A DNA stretch of 64,000 nucleotides from an uncultured Acidobacteriota bacterium (GTDB taxonomy: Bacteria > Acidobacteriota > Thermoanaerobaculia > Multivoradales > JAHEKO01). The notes under the pieces were generated by a model, which saw only the letters and a list, made by a program, of their open reading frames with translations, did no database searches and was not told the origin of the DNA. Location of the stretch: positions 576,001-640,000 of the forward strand of contig CAVQNG010000003.1 in NCBI GenBank assembly GCA_963713825.1, written 5' to 3'. This document shows, one piece after another, positions 1 through 8,957 of the stretch; within the stretch, counting starts at the first letter, position 1, and each line of letters opens with the position of its first letter. Both the position numbers and the translations under genes were made by a program.

Positions 1-627
1 GCGGGATCCGGCGTGGAGCAAGAGCATCAGCCGTCCCTCTTTCAGGGAGACGGTCTTCTCACTCAAATGCTCCTCGTGCTGGGAGACGGTTTCCTGCAGA
101 TTCTTGTAGAGGTCGTCCCTGATGCGGCGTGACCGCCGACGCAGAGCCGACAATTCCGGGCTGGCATCGTCTCGCACTACGCCTCGCTGGTTCAGTGTTT
201 TGCTGATCCTGCGGCGCAGTGGTTCGAGATCCGGCAGGCTCGCCCTCAAGTCCTCCAGGGCGGGGCACTCCGACGCGCTGACCGCGATCCGATGCCGCGC
301 CTCGTGCGTCATCTTGAGCACCTGGGCCAGTTGCACCAGTTCTCGCCCCGTGACGGCGGCATCACCCTGTTCCAGATTCTCCAGCAGTGGCAGGATCGGC
401 TCATCCTGGCTCTGCACCAGTCTGCCGTCATGCAGCAGCACTGCCACCTCCGACAGTCGCTGTCGATGGCCTTCCAGCTCCACTGACGACTCGACCGGGC
501 GTAGGGCTTCGGCGCGAAGGCGGCCCACATCTGTGACCGCCAACTCTGCCACCAGAGATAGGAGAACGGGCAACTCGAGGGCCGACTCGGAGACTGCGGA
601 GGTCACCCGCAATGGGCTCATTTCCAT
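1..627 (-). CDS. mutS2: Endonuclease MutS2, N-terminal part (truncated by window edge)
   Basis: Manual translation, not in ORF track: MEMSPLRVTSAVSESALELPVLLSLVAELAVTDVGRLRAEALRP...SKTLNQRGVVRDDASPELSALRRR...EKTVSLKEGRLMLL; the G.V.D.ASPEL..LR pattern is typical of the MutS2 N-terminus. Start could be 627 or 621. Confidence 0.8.
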   Translation of the reverse strand, partial: MEMSPLRVTSAVSESALELPVLLSLVAELAVTDVGRLRAEALRPVESSVELEGHRQRLSEVAVLLHDGRLVQSQDEPILPLLENLEQGDAAVTGRELVQLAQVLKMTHEARHRIAVSASECPALEDLRASLPDLEPLRRRISKTLNQRGVVRDDASPELSALRRRSRRIRDDLYKNLQETVSQHEEHLSEKTVSLKEGRLMLLLHAGSR

Positions 628-655
628 TCACCCAAGTCTACTATCGAGCTTTCTA

Positions 656-693
656 CAAAAAGCAAAGAGAGCGGGGATCCCTCCCCGCTCTCT
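656..693 (-). terminator. Intrinsic terminator downstream of rpsU
   Basis: 12-bp stem AGAGAGCGGGGA/TCCCCGCTCTCT (666-677/682-693) followed on the minus strand by TTGCTTTTT. Confidence 0.8.
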
Positions 694-720
694 GGATCTT
701 GCGAAGTTCGAAGAGCTTGC

Positions 721-930
721 TCAGCTCAAACCGAGCCGACGCTCTTCCGACAGTTTGCGCATCATCTTCTTGCGCGCCTGGACTTCCTTGCGCTTGCGCT
801 TGACCGAGGGCTTTTCGAAGTGTTGCCTCTTCTTGAGCTCAGTGAGAATTCCCGACTTCTCACACTTGCGCTTGAAGCGGCGCAATGCACCCTCGAAACT
901 CTCGTCCTCTCGCACTGTAACCAACGGCAC
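721..930 (-). CDS. rpsU: 30S ribosomal protein S21
   Basis: [48 protein letters not shown] is a canonical bS21; GTG start with GAGGTGA RBS. Confidence 0.97.
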   Translation of the reverse strand: MPLVTVREDESFEGALRRFKRKCEKSGILTELKKRQHFEKPSVKRKRKEVQARKKMMRKLSEERRLGLS

Positions 931-1075
931 TATTCAATCACCTCACCTTCTCTGCGACTCAAATTCGGCGCGGCCGCCGCCGCGAGGCGGAAGTCTCGCT
1001 GATCCGGCAGTCCTTGTCAATCGACCCGGGTATTTCGTCTCTGCTGGCCCAGGGCCTCTTCAGGCCCGGAAGGCT

Positions 1076-1891
1076 CTACTCTTCGGCGGCCTGTCCCGGC
1101 TTAACCGCCTCGAACTTCACCTGATAGACCGTCATGACGCTGGTCTTCTTGTCAGGCTGAAACCAGACCGCTGCGGCCTCTCCCGTCTCGCTAGTCGGGT
1201 AGAACCAGGCAGTGACGCCCTTGTCTTCGTACTTCCGAACGTTGTGCAGGTTGGCCTGACCGAGCAGCTGACGAATGTCGGCTTCCGTCATTCCCTTCTT
1301 CACCTGCGAGAAGCGCTCCGCTGACATGTAGCGGTTGGTCTCTGCCTCTGCCAGGGCGGCCTGCAGATTGGCGTTGTCCGGATCGAACATCAGGGCGGTG
1401 TTGTAGATCTCGATCGCTCGCTTGTAGTCGCCACCCTTCACGATCCACTCTTGAGCGAGAACGATGTCCTCGTCACTCTTCATCGCCAGCAGCGCCAATT
1501 GCCTTTCGGACGGGGGCTCGCCTTCGATCATGGGATCGGCGTTCAGAAGGCCGACCAGCCGCCCTGTGTACTCTTCCGTCAGGGCCGCTACCTCGTCCTC
1601 CAACTCTGCCAGCCGAGCCACCGGATCTTCGACAGGCTCCATTGCCTCACCCTCGACCTCTTCCGCCGCTTCCTCTTCGGCCACTTCCTGCGTCGCCGCC
1701 AGGGCCACGGCCTCTTGCAGATCGGCAAGCTCCTGCCGCTTGGCGCTGAGCTCCTGCTGTGTCTCTTGCAACCAGGTCCATTCTGCCTCGTTTGCCAACT
1801 CCTGCTCTGAAGGACCGCCGCCGCCACAACCGGTGGCTACGAGTGCGAGCAGAACTGCGGCAATCAGCAGGCCGTTACGGGTCCCAAACAT
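1076..1891 (-). CDS. Lipoprotein with coiled coil, TPR-like repeat and C-terminal SmpA/OmlA (BamE-like) domain
   Basis: ATG at 1891 with GGAGGA RBS; lipobox-like ATGC; TPR-like GDYKRAIEIYNTALMFDPDN; FSQVKKGMTEADIRQLLG matches the SmpA/OmlA pattern. Confidence 0.7.
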   Translation of the reverse strand: MFGTRNGLLIAAVLLALVATGCGGGGPSEQELANEAEWTWLQETQQELSAKRQELADLQEAVALAATQEVAEEEAAEEVEGEAMEPVEDPVARLAELEDEVAALTEEYTGRLVGLLNADPMIEGEPPSERQLALLAMKSDEDIVLAQEWIVKGGDYKRAIEIYNTALMFDPDNANLQAALAEAETNRYMSAERFSQVKKGMTEADIRQLLGQANLHNVRKYEDKGVTAWFYPTSETGEAAAVWFQPDKKTSVMTVYQVKFEAVKPGQAAEE

Positions 1892-2051
1892 GATCCGTCC
1901 TCCTATCGAGTGCACTCGAGTGCACGGAATTCGAAGGTACCACAGGCCCCTGGCTCCCACAAGCTCGAAACAGCCTGAAGCAAGCCACGCGACCACTGCG
2001 TTACGACTATCCTAAACCTCTCATCCTCAAGGAGTTTGGTGGTGTGTTACC

Positions 2052-2082
2052 TTGACACCGCCAACACGGCCAAGCATACAAT
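2052..2082 (+). promoter_or_regulatory. Candidate sigma70 promoter
   Basis: TTGACA-N19-TACAAT about 50 nt upstream of the 2135 start; spacer at the long limit. Confidence 0.45.
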
Positions 2083-2134
2083 AGGCGTCTACGAAAAAAC
2101 CGTTTTCGACTTCGAAATTTGCTGGAGGATCCGC

Positions 2135-3985
2135 ATGTCTTCGCAGGAGTCTTTTGACGAACTCGAGCCCAAGATCATGGGCCTCGTAGAAGAGGCTATC
2201 CGAGAGGTCAAAGAGGAGTACCTGCGGCGCCTGCAGGACACTCGAAACGTGATCGATGAACTCCTCGGCGAGGCGGAGGAGGCCATGGAAGCGGGCGCCG
2301 TAGCTGAGGCCGATATCGCCGCTGTCGTCGCACCCGAGCCGGTCGAGCTTCCGGAACCCCCGAAACACTACCTGCCCGACCTGCATACAGCGGTGACCAA
2401 TCTGGACCGTTGTCGGACCCAGGACGAGATTCTCTCGAGCCTGGTGGCGAGCGCCGGTTCCTTTGCGTCCCGTGCCGCCCTGTTCCTGACTCGCGAAGAC
2501 GGGCTCCAAGGTTGGAGCAGTCACGGTTTTGCAGCGGGAGACGAGGCTTTCGAGTCTCTCATCCTCGAATACGACGAAGGTTCCCCTTGGGGTCGCCTTT
2601 CCGAAGGACGCGGGGTCATCGAACTCGATGCTGACGAATGCACGGAGCTCTGTAGCCGCATCGACAACAGTAGTCCTGTCAATGGCGCCCTCGTTCCAAT
2701 CGTTCTCAGAGATCACCTTGCAGTGGCTCTCTACGCCGACCAGGACGAAGAGGACGACACGATCGGTCTCTTTGCACTGCAGCTGCTGGCCTATGTAGCA
2801 GCCCAGGCGCTGGAGACTCTGCCACTTCGCGAGCGTTCTTCCACCGCGACCCTTCGACTCGCGACTGAAGCGCCGTACGGAGAGCCTGTCCTCTCCCTGT
2901 GGCAGTTCGTCGCTCCGCAGGCGGACGTCTCGATCGTGGAAGAGATCGAGGCGGCAGCGGAACCTGCCATCGAGGAAGAGGCCGAAGATCTCTATGCCGC
3001 AGAACCGGTCGAGGAGGTCGAGGAAGCCTACGAAGAAGAAGTCGCTGAGGTCGTCGATTTCGACGCAGTCGAGGACGAGGTCGAGGTGACCGAAGAGGCG
3101 CCTGAGGAGACCGCAGAAGCTGTCGCCTTCGAAGAGGTCGAGGAAGCTTACGAGGAAGACGTCGAGGAGGCCGTCGACTTCGAAGAAGCCGCGGTGGCCG
3201 CAGAAGCACCGGAGGTGACCGCAGAGGCTGTCGCCTTCGAAGAGGTCGAGGAAGCTTACGAGGAAGAGGTCGCTGAGGAGGAGGCGGAAGCGGCTGAAGC
3301 CACTGACCTCGAAGAGGCGGAGGAGGCAGAAGCCGAGACGGCCGAGGAAGCGCTCGAAGAAGCGGTGGCCGAAGACGAAGCGGAATTGGCAGAGGCTGTC
3401 GACCTCGAAGAGGCGGAGCAAGCCTACGAAGAAGAGGTCGCTCGAGACGAGGTGGAGATTGCTACCGAAGCCGACCTACAGCCTGCCGAGGACACCGGAT
3501 TCGAAGTCGAGCCGGCGGCCGAGCAGGAATGGGACACGCCCGCAGAGCACGAAGAAGTGCCTGCCATGGAAACCGCCAGCGATGAGATCGAGGCGCCACC
3601 CATGGAACCTGAGGTCGCAACCGAACCAGCCCCGGCAGTCGCCATCGACGGGGCTGAGATCAGTCCTCCCGAAGACGCTCAGGGACCGGGCTGGGCCTTC
3701 ACCACCAACCGATTCAGCGCTGACAATGCCGGTGAGGCTGTGCATGAGGAAGCACGTCGACTGGCCCGCCTGCTAGTGACCGAGATCAAGCTCTACAACG
3801 AAGAGCAGGTGGAAGCTGGAAGGCGCAATCGCAACATCTACGAGGTCCTTCGCGAAGACATCGACCGGTCGCGTCAGATCTATGAAGAGAGAATCGACGA
3901 CACCGTCCGCACTGAAGCCGACTACTTCCACGACGAGTTGGTGAGGATTCTCGCTGCCGGCGAGTCGGAAATCCTGGGCCTGTGA
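2135..3985 (+). CDS. GAF-like domain + acidic low-complexity repeat linker + C-terminal RomX-like domain protein
   Basis: ATG 2135 with GGAGG RBS; GAF-like ALVPIVLRDHLAVALYAD; Glu/Ala-rich repeats; C-terminus HEEARRLARLLVTEIKLYNEEQVEAGRR...DIDRSRQIYEER. Confidence 0.75.
   Translation: MSSQESFDELEPKIMGLVEEAIREVKEEYLRRLQDTRNVIDELLGEAEEAMEAGAVAEADIAAVVAPEPVELPEPPKHYLPDLHTAVTNLDRCRTQDEILSSLVASAGSFASRAALFLTREDGLQGWSSHGFAAGDEAFESLILEYDEGSPWGRLSEGRGVIELDADECTELCSRIDNSSPVNGALVPIVLRDHLAVALYADQDEEDDTIGLFALQLLAYVAAQALETLPLRERSSTATLRLATEAPYGEPVLSLWQFVAPQADVSIVEEIEAAAEPAIEEEAEDLYAAEPVEEVEEAYEEEVAEVVDFDAVEDEVEVTEEAPEETAEAVAFEEVEEAYEEDVEEAVDFEEAAVAAEAPEVTAEAVAFEEVEEAYEEEVAEEEAEAAEATDLEEAEEAEAETAEEALEEAVAEDEAELAEAVDLEEAEQAYEEEVARDEVEIATEADLQPAEDTGFEVEPAAEQEWDTPAEHEEVPAMETASDEIEAPPMEPEVATEPAPAVAIDGAEISPPEDAQGPGWAFTTNRFSADNAGEAVHEEARRLARLLVTEIKLYNEEQVEAGRRNRNIYEVLREDIDRSRQIYEERIDDTVRTEADYFHDELVRILAAGESEILGL
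3004..3443 (+). repeat. Intragenic tandem repeats encoding acidic EEVEEAYEEEV units
   Basis: 51-bp blocks at 3109-3159 and 3217-3267 differ by 1 nt (108-bp period); degenerate copies near 3008 and 3400. Confidence 0.8.
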
Positions 3986-4082
3986 GGCGAGGGTCCGCCC
4001 CAGCAGCACGACCCTCGTCACTCTGCGCCTGTCTCGAACTTCACATTCTGCGCCCTGGGTGTAGGCGTACAATTCAGCTGAA

Positions 4083-6317
4083 GTGAAGCTCCGCGCTCAG
4101 CTGCGGTGGGTGCTTCTGCTCGCCGCCATCTCTGTTTCGGCCGCCCTGGTCCGGGAGTCCCCTCGCGCCTCCACCGGGACAATCAAGCCGACCCCTCCCA
4201 AGCGGCTGGAGCTTCGCATCGACCCCCTCTCTCCAGCTTATGAAGCAGCGGCGGAAGCGCATCGACAGCAAGACTTCAACGCTGCTAGTCAGATCCTCTC
4301 GCCCCTCCTCGAGGGCCAATCTTCCACCAAGCTCGCCAGTCTCGTTCTCGGTTTCTATGCCTATACCAGCGATGAGATACAACTGGCGCGTCAGTACCTC
4401 GACACCGCCAGAGACCCTGATGGGATCTTCGAGGATTGGCGCCTTCTCGTCGTGGCGGACACGGCGCTGGCCAATGAAGACTGGTCTGTGGCGGATACGG
4501 CGCTCGAAACGCTACTGAGCCGGCATCCAGCCTCGCCCATCCGAGCTCACGCCGCCGTTCGGTGGGTCGAACTGGCTCGAGCGCAAGAGGAATGGACAAC
4601 CGCGCTCGAGCGCATCGAGCTTCTTCGTCGGCAAACCCTCCCTCCCAGCGCACTGCGAGAGATCGAGATCGCAGCCTGGGAGATCGGCGAGACTGCCGGA
4701 CAAACCAAGCTGCGTTCGAGCGCGGCGCGCCGACTTCTCGTCGCCTTTCCCATCGACGCCTCCAAGCTCGAAGTCATTGAAGTCTTCCGCTATCCGAACG
4801 GCGACCTCCACTGGGAGGAGATCCTCTCCGACAACGAGCTCATGCAGCGGGCCAGGAACCTGCTGGCTGTCCGCTTGGAGGAGTCGGCGCTAGAGATGAT
4901 CAACCAGGTCTCCGAGGAGGGTCGAACCGACGCCTGGACCCTGCTCCGAGCGGAAGCTCTCACCGCGAATCACCAGGGAGTCGAGGCGCTCTCCGCGCTC
5001 AAAGAGCTGAACCCGGCGGAGGCGGCATTCAAAGCCGAAGTCGCTTGGCAAAGGGCACTCGCCGCCCTGGATGGCGCCGCCGCCAGGCGCGGCAGAACCA
5101 ACTTGCCCCAGTCGCAGCGGCAGCAGCTGCACAGTCTGGCTCTCGGCTACCTCGAGCTGGTCGTCGAGTTGGACCACGACCGCGACCAGGCCGTGGCGGC
5201 CCTCAACCGGATCTTCCGAGAGCTGGCGGATGAAGAAGAGAACTTCGACGAAACACTCCTGACCCTCCGGCGCCTGCGCCAGATGGTACCGACCGACACC
5301 TCTGGTGCCAAGCATCTCTGGCAACTTGGTTGGAGAGACTTCGAAGACAGGAACTACAGCGGTGCCATCGGCCTGTGGGGCGAGCTTGCCGGCCTCTATC
5401 CGGAGAGCCGCTACTCTCGAAGCGGGCACTACTGGTCCGGCCGCTCCTATGAAGCTCTCGGGCAGGCTCAACGCGCCACCTCCATTTATCAGCAGATCAC
5501 CGCTGCGGCCAGTACCGACTACTATCGGCAGCATGCTCTGGCCCGGCTGGAGAAGACCGGCTACGAGCCCGATCCAGCTCCTGCGCTGCCGATCTCGGCC
5601 TGGCCCCAGGATCCGATCCTGGCCAGGGCCGGCTGGCTTCACGAACTCGGCCTCGACGACTTTGCACTCCTGGAGCTCGAAGGGCTGGAAGGCAAGGCCG
5701 AAAGACGAGCGCACTGTGGTCTCGAAGCCAAAGTCCTGGCTGGCCTGGGTCGCCGACGAGACAGCATCCAATCGCTCGCCTGCGCGTTTCCTGCCCTCGG
5801 TAAGTCCCACCAGTCGTCGGTACCCGAAGATGCTCTTCGGCTCTACTATCCGCTGGATTTCAGTGAGGTGATCACGCGGCGGGCACAAGAGCGGGATCTT
5901 GCTCCCCACCTGGTGTTCGCCATGATTCGACAGGAAAGCGCCTTCGACATGTCTGCCAGGAGCTGGGCGGGAGCCCGCGGTCTGATGCAAATGATGCCGG
6001 CCACCGGCCGCGAGCTGGCTGGCCGCCTGGGCCTGAGTTACTCGAGTGACCGACTCTCCGACCCGGACTACAACATCCGCCTCGGGACCCTCTACATCCG
6101 CCAGGTCCTGGATATGTTCGACGGCAACGTGGAGCTGGCACTGGCCGGATACAACGGCGGTCCATATCGCATCAAGCGCCTGTGGCGCCAGGCTGGCACC
6201 AACCCGGAGCTCGACCGCTTCGTGGAGGGTCTCTCACTCGAGGAAACCAAGACCTACGTCAAGCGAATCGTGCTGTTCAGCAACAGCTACCGACATCTCT
6301 ACCATCAGCCTGGTTGA
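4083..6317 (+). CDS. Soluble lytic transglycosylase (Slt70-like, TPR superhelix + SLT domain)
   Basis: AMIRQESAF, GARGLMQMMPAT, NIRLGTLY, ALAGYNGGP, ETKTYVKRI motifs; N-terminal signal. Confidence 0.92.
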   Translation: MKLRAQLRWVLLLAAISVSAALVRESPRASTGTIKPTPPKRLELRIDPLSPAYEAAAEAHRQQDFNAASQILSPLLEGQSSTKLASLVLGFYAYTSDEIQLARQYLDTARDPDGIFEDWRLLVVADTALANEDWSVADTALETLLSRHPASPIRAHAAVRWVELARAQEEWTTALERIELLRRQTLPPSALREIEIAAWEIGETAGQTKLRSSAARRLLVAFPIDASKLEVIEVFRYPNGDLHWEEILSDNELMQRARNLLAVRLEESALEMINQVSEEGRTDAWTLLRAEALTANHQGVEALSALKELNPAEAAFKAEVAWQRALAALDGAAARRGRTNLPQSQRQQLHSLALGYLELVVELDHDRDQAVAALNRIFRELADEEENFDETLLTLRRLRQMVPTDTSGAKHLWQLGWRDFEDRNYSGAIGLWGELAGLYPESRYSRSGHYWSGRSYEALGQAQRATSIYQQITAAASTDYYRQHALARLEKTGYEPDPAPALPISAWPQDPILARAGWLHELGLDDFALLELEGLEGKAERRAHCGLEAKVLAGLGRRRDSIQSLACAFPALGKSHQSSVPEDALRLYYPLDFSEVITRRAQERDLAPHLVFAMIRQESAFDMSARSWAGARGLMQMMPATGRELAGRLGLSYSSDRLSDPDYNIRLGTLYIRQVLDMFDGNVELALAGYNGGPYRIKRLWRQAGTNPELDRFVEGLSLEETKTYVKRIVLFSNSYRHLYHQPG

Positions 6318-6386
6318 GCCCTCCGTTCAGGCGAGATTCTCGCCTCCACAGCCCCTCCTACGACTCGGTTCTAGCCCCGGCAGGAG

Positions 6387-6395
6387 TGCTATACT
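6387..6395 (+). promoter_or_regulatory. Extended -10 promoter for the tRNA
   Basis: TGCTATACT (TGn + TATACT) ending 27 nt before the tRNA 5' end. Confidence 0.55.
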
Positions 6396-6422
6396 TTTCC
6401 TCCCCAGCTTCTGGGGAAATGG

Positions 6423-6495
6423 GGGTCCATAGCTCAGCGGTTAGAGCATCCGGCTCATAACCGGCAGGTCCCTGGTTCGAATCCAGGTGGGCCCA
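6423..6495 (+). tRNA. tRNA with CAT anticodon, most likely tRNA-Ile2 (lysidine); CCA not encoded
   Basis: GGGTCCA/TGGGCCC acceptor stem, D-arm GCTC..GAGC, anticodon loop CTCATAA, T-arm CCTGG-TTCGAAT-CCAGG, discriminator A. Paired 1-72 and no GGG/CCC anticodon stem exclude fMet; the overall pattern resembles Ile2. U27-C43 mismatch. Confidence 0.9.
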
Positions 6496-6496
6496 T

Positions 6497-6604
6497 GAAG
6501 TGTGGAAACCGAGGTTTCATTGCAGGGAGATCAACAGCTGACGCGGTGCCGTAGCGACCGCTTGCCCACCGCCAGACGATCTTCAATGCCATCAGGCATG
6601 CGCA
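6497..6604 (+). ncRNA. Candidate structured RNA co-transcribed with the tRNA
   Basis: Hairpin GAAAC-CGAG-GTTTC; long stem CATTG/CAATG + GAGATC/GATCTT; inner GCGGT/ACCGC; hairpin ATGCC-ATCA-GGCAT; no convincing ORF. Confidence 0.35.
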
Positions 6605-6605
6605 G

Positions 6606-6637
6606 GGGGTGTCCTTCGGAGGGACACCCCTTTTCTT
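6606..6637 (+). terminator. Intrinsic terminator
   Basis: GGGGTGTCCTT-CGG-AGGGACACCCC followed by TTTTCTT. Confidence 0.85.
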
Positions 6638-6724
6638 ATCTTCCACCCGAACGGCCCCGAAAGGTCTGCGCCGACTGGGCGGTGGAAGAGTCTCTTTTCG
6701 AATTCGTGGGGGAAACAAGGGTCC

Positions 6725-7459
6725 ATGGGTGACGAGCTCAAGATCATCGTCGAGCTGCAAGGTGCGATCGACGAACTGAAGGCGGCGGAAGACCTCCTCG
6801 CCGGCATCCCGGACTGGATGCAGGAGTTGCACGAGGAGCACAGTCGGCAGCAGGCCGAAATGGACGGACTCCGGGCTGCACTGGAGGAGGCCGAGCAGGC
6901 CAAACGGCTAGCCGACACAGAGATCAGTGACCTGCAGACCAAGGTCAAGCATTTCCAAGAGCAGATCGGCATGGTCCGTAACCAGCGTGAGTACGGTGCC
7001 CTGCTGCAGGAAATCGACACTGCCAAGGAACAGATCAGCGGCACTGAGGAGCGGGACCTGGCGGCTATGGAGCAGGGCGACGAAGCCCAACGGTTGCTGG
7101 ACGAGCGCAAAGACGCATTTCAGGAGCTCGATGATCGCTACCAGCAGGAGCTCCAGAAATGGGAGGGGCAAAAGCCCGAGGTGGCCCGCAGAGCGGAAGA
7201 GCTCCGCCAGCAAGTGGCAGAGCTCGAGGGGAAGGTGCCGAAGGCAATCCTCGCCGTCTTCGAGCGCACTCGCCTGCGCTTTGGCGGCAACGCGATGGCC
7301 CTGGTCATGGAAGTGGAACGTAAGGGACCCCGCATCTGGCACTGCGGCGCCTGCAACTACCGTGTCCGCCCCCAGACCGTCGTCTCGATCCAGGCTGAGA
7401 ACATCGAGACCTGTGACAGCTGCAGACGCATTCTCCACATCGAAGGTGATGTCGGTTGA
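6725..7459 (+). CDS. Coiled-coil + C4-type zinc ribbon protein (DUF164/HP0958/CdsZ family)
   Basis: Long coiled coil with RNQREYGALLQEID; CGAC...CDSCRRIL. Confidence 0.9.
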   Translation: MGDELKIIVELQGAIDELKAAEDLLAGIPDWMQELHEEHSRQQAEMDGLRAALEEAEQAKRLADTEISDLQTKVKHFQEQIGMVRNQREYGALLQEIDTAKEQISGTEERDLAAMEQGDEAQRLLDERKDAFQELDDRYQQELQKWEGQKPEVARRAEELRQQVAELEGKVPKAILAVFERTRLRFGGNAMALVMEVERKGPRIWHCGACNYRVRPQTVVSIQAENIETCDSCRRILHIEGDVG

Positions 7460-7908
7460 CCTCTCCTGCAACGCCGAGTGGCCGTGCCTGGATCGATGGC
7501 GCGTCCCGGGGGAATCCTGGCGACGCCGGATTCGGAGTCTTCCTCGAGACGGATCGAACGCCTGAGGAGATCGTTGGATATCTAGGCAAAGCCACGAACA
7601 ATGTGGCCGAGTATGCGGCGCTGATCGCCGTCCTCACACTGGCCGCTGATCGGGGGATGAAGAAGCTCGTCGTCTACAGCGATAGCCAACTTCTCGTGCG
7701 GCAGGTCAGCGGTGCCTATCGAGTCAAGGCACCTCACCTGGTGCCCATTTTTCTGCAGGCGCTGAAGCTTCGACAGACGATCCCCGATTTCACCATCGAG
7801 CACGTGGCCCGCGAAGAAAACAAAGAGGCCGACCGCTTGGCCAATCAGGCGATCGATCAGCGAGCCGAGCTGCCTTCCTGGTTGGAGTTTGAAGTTCCGA
7901 TCCAATGA
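7456..7908 (+). CDS. rnhA: Ribonuclease HI family protein
   Basis: IDGASRGNPG, TNNVAEY, YSDSQL, HVAREENKEADRLAN catalytic motifs; TTGA overlap with upstream stop. Confidence 0.92.
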   Translation: MTSPATPSGRAWIDGASRGNPGDAGFGVFLETDRTPEEIVGYLGKATNNVAEYAALIAVLTLAADRGMKKLVVYSDSQLLVRQVSGAYRVKAPHLVPIFLQALKLRQTIPDFTIEHVAREENKEADRLANQAIDQRAELPSWLEFEVPIQ

Positions 7909-8612
7909 CAACTGTACCCACCGTCGCCGACCGTGTCCGTGGCATTCGCCAGCGCATCGCTGCAGCCTGCGATCGCTGTGGCCGAGACCCCGCGGAAGTG
8001 ACTCTGCTGGGCGCCAGCAAGAGCCAGCCTCTAGAACGCATGCAAGAGGCCTGGGCCGCGGGAGTCGAGGTCTTTGGAGAGAACCGGGTCCAGGAGGCCC
8101 TGGCCAAGATGCCCAGTCTCCCAGCCGGAATCGATTGGCATCTGATCGGACCGCTGCAGACCAACAAGGTCAAGAAAGTCGTGCCGCGATTCTCGACTGT
8201 CCACGCCATCGACCGGATCAAGCTGGCCCATGCCCTCGACAAGGAGGCCCAAAGGTCAGAGCGCACCATCGACGGTTTCCTCGAAGTGAATCTCGGTGGT
8301 GAAGAGACCAAGCACGGCTTTCAGCCCGACGATGTGGTGAACGCAGCCGAGCAACTCGCCGCCTTGCAGTCCGTGCGCCTGGTCGGTCTCATGGCAATTC
8401 CGCCAGTCGAGAGCGAAGAAGCGGCGATTCGCGGCTGGTTTCGACAATTGCGAAGTCTTCGCGACGCTCTGCGCCCAGGGCTCGGCTGGCAGGAATCGGA
8501 CGGCTACCTCTCCATGGGCATGAGTCAGGACTTCGAGGTCGCCATCGAAGAAGGTGCGACCCATGTGAGAATCGGCACGGCCCTGTTCGGTCCTCGCGAG
8601 ATGCGACCGTAG
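7905..8612 (+). CDS. yggS: PLP homeostasis protein (YggS/PLPBP)
   Basis: LLGASK, FGENRVQE, WHLIGPLQTNK, GLMAIP, LSMGMSQDFEVAIEEGATHVRIGTALFG. Confidence 0.96.
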   Translation: MTTVPTVADRVRGIRQRIAAACDRCGRDPAEVTLLGASKSQPLERMQEAWAAGVEVFGENRVQEALAKMPSLPAGIDWHLIGPLQTNKVKKVVPRFSTVHAIDRIKLAHALDKEAQRSERTIDGFLEVNLGGEETKHGFQPDDVVNAAEQLAALQSVRLVGLMAIPPVESEEAAIRGWFRQLRSLRDALRPGLGWQESDGYLSMGMSQDFEVAIEEGATHVRIGTALFGPREMRP

Positions 8613-8654
8613 CCGCCCGCAGATCCCCGGAGTTCATCGACCCCTCTGGACCTC

Positions 8655-8957
8655 ATGCCGAAGTCAGTTCCGCTCGCTGCAACGACCCGCAGACTCCTGG
8701 CGCACTACAGCGAGAGCAGCGTAGAGCTCCCACAACACCAGGCCTTCTTGATCGGCCGTCTCTTCGAGGAAGGCGATACTCCAGATCTCCGTTGGCTGAC
8801 AGACAACGTCAGCGAAGAGGAGCTCTCGGGCTGGCTTCGGACGTACGGAGGTCGCTCCCTCTCGCAACGCTCGCTGGCCTTCTGGGCGACCCTGCTGAGA
8901 GATCCACAAGCCATCGCCGACCGGCCCGCAGCCAATGAGGACCTATGGCCCCTTTGA
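8655..8957 (+). CDS. DUF6922-like small protein (putative AbiEii partner/antitoxin)
   Basis: FLIGRLFEEGDTPDLRWL and LSQRSLAFW resemble the small proteins found upstream of AbiEii nucleotidyltransferases. Confidence 0.65.
   Translation: MPKSVPLAATTRRLLAHYSESSVELPQHQAFLIGRLFEEGDTPDLRWLTDNVSEEELSGWLRTYGGRSLSQRSLAFWATLLRDPQAIADRPAANEDLWPL

Noticed and set aside
122-1324. 400-aa plus-strand ORF
   Set aside because: Ser/Arg-rich antisense shadow of mutS2, rpsU and the lipoprotein gene; no motifs.
2027-3421. 464-aa Phe/Leu-rich minus-strand ORF
   Set aside because: Antisense reading of the Glu-rich repeats.
6423-6495. tRNA as integration site or as initiator tRNA
   Set aside because: No integrase or duplicated 3' end was seen; fMet hallmarks are absent.
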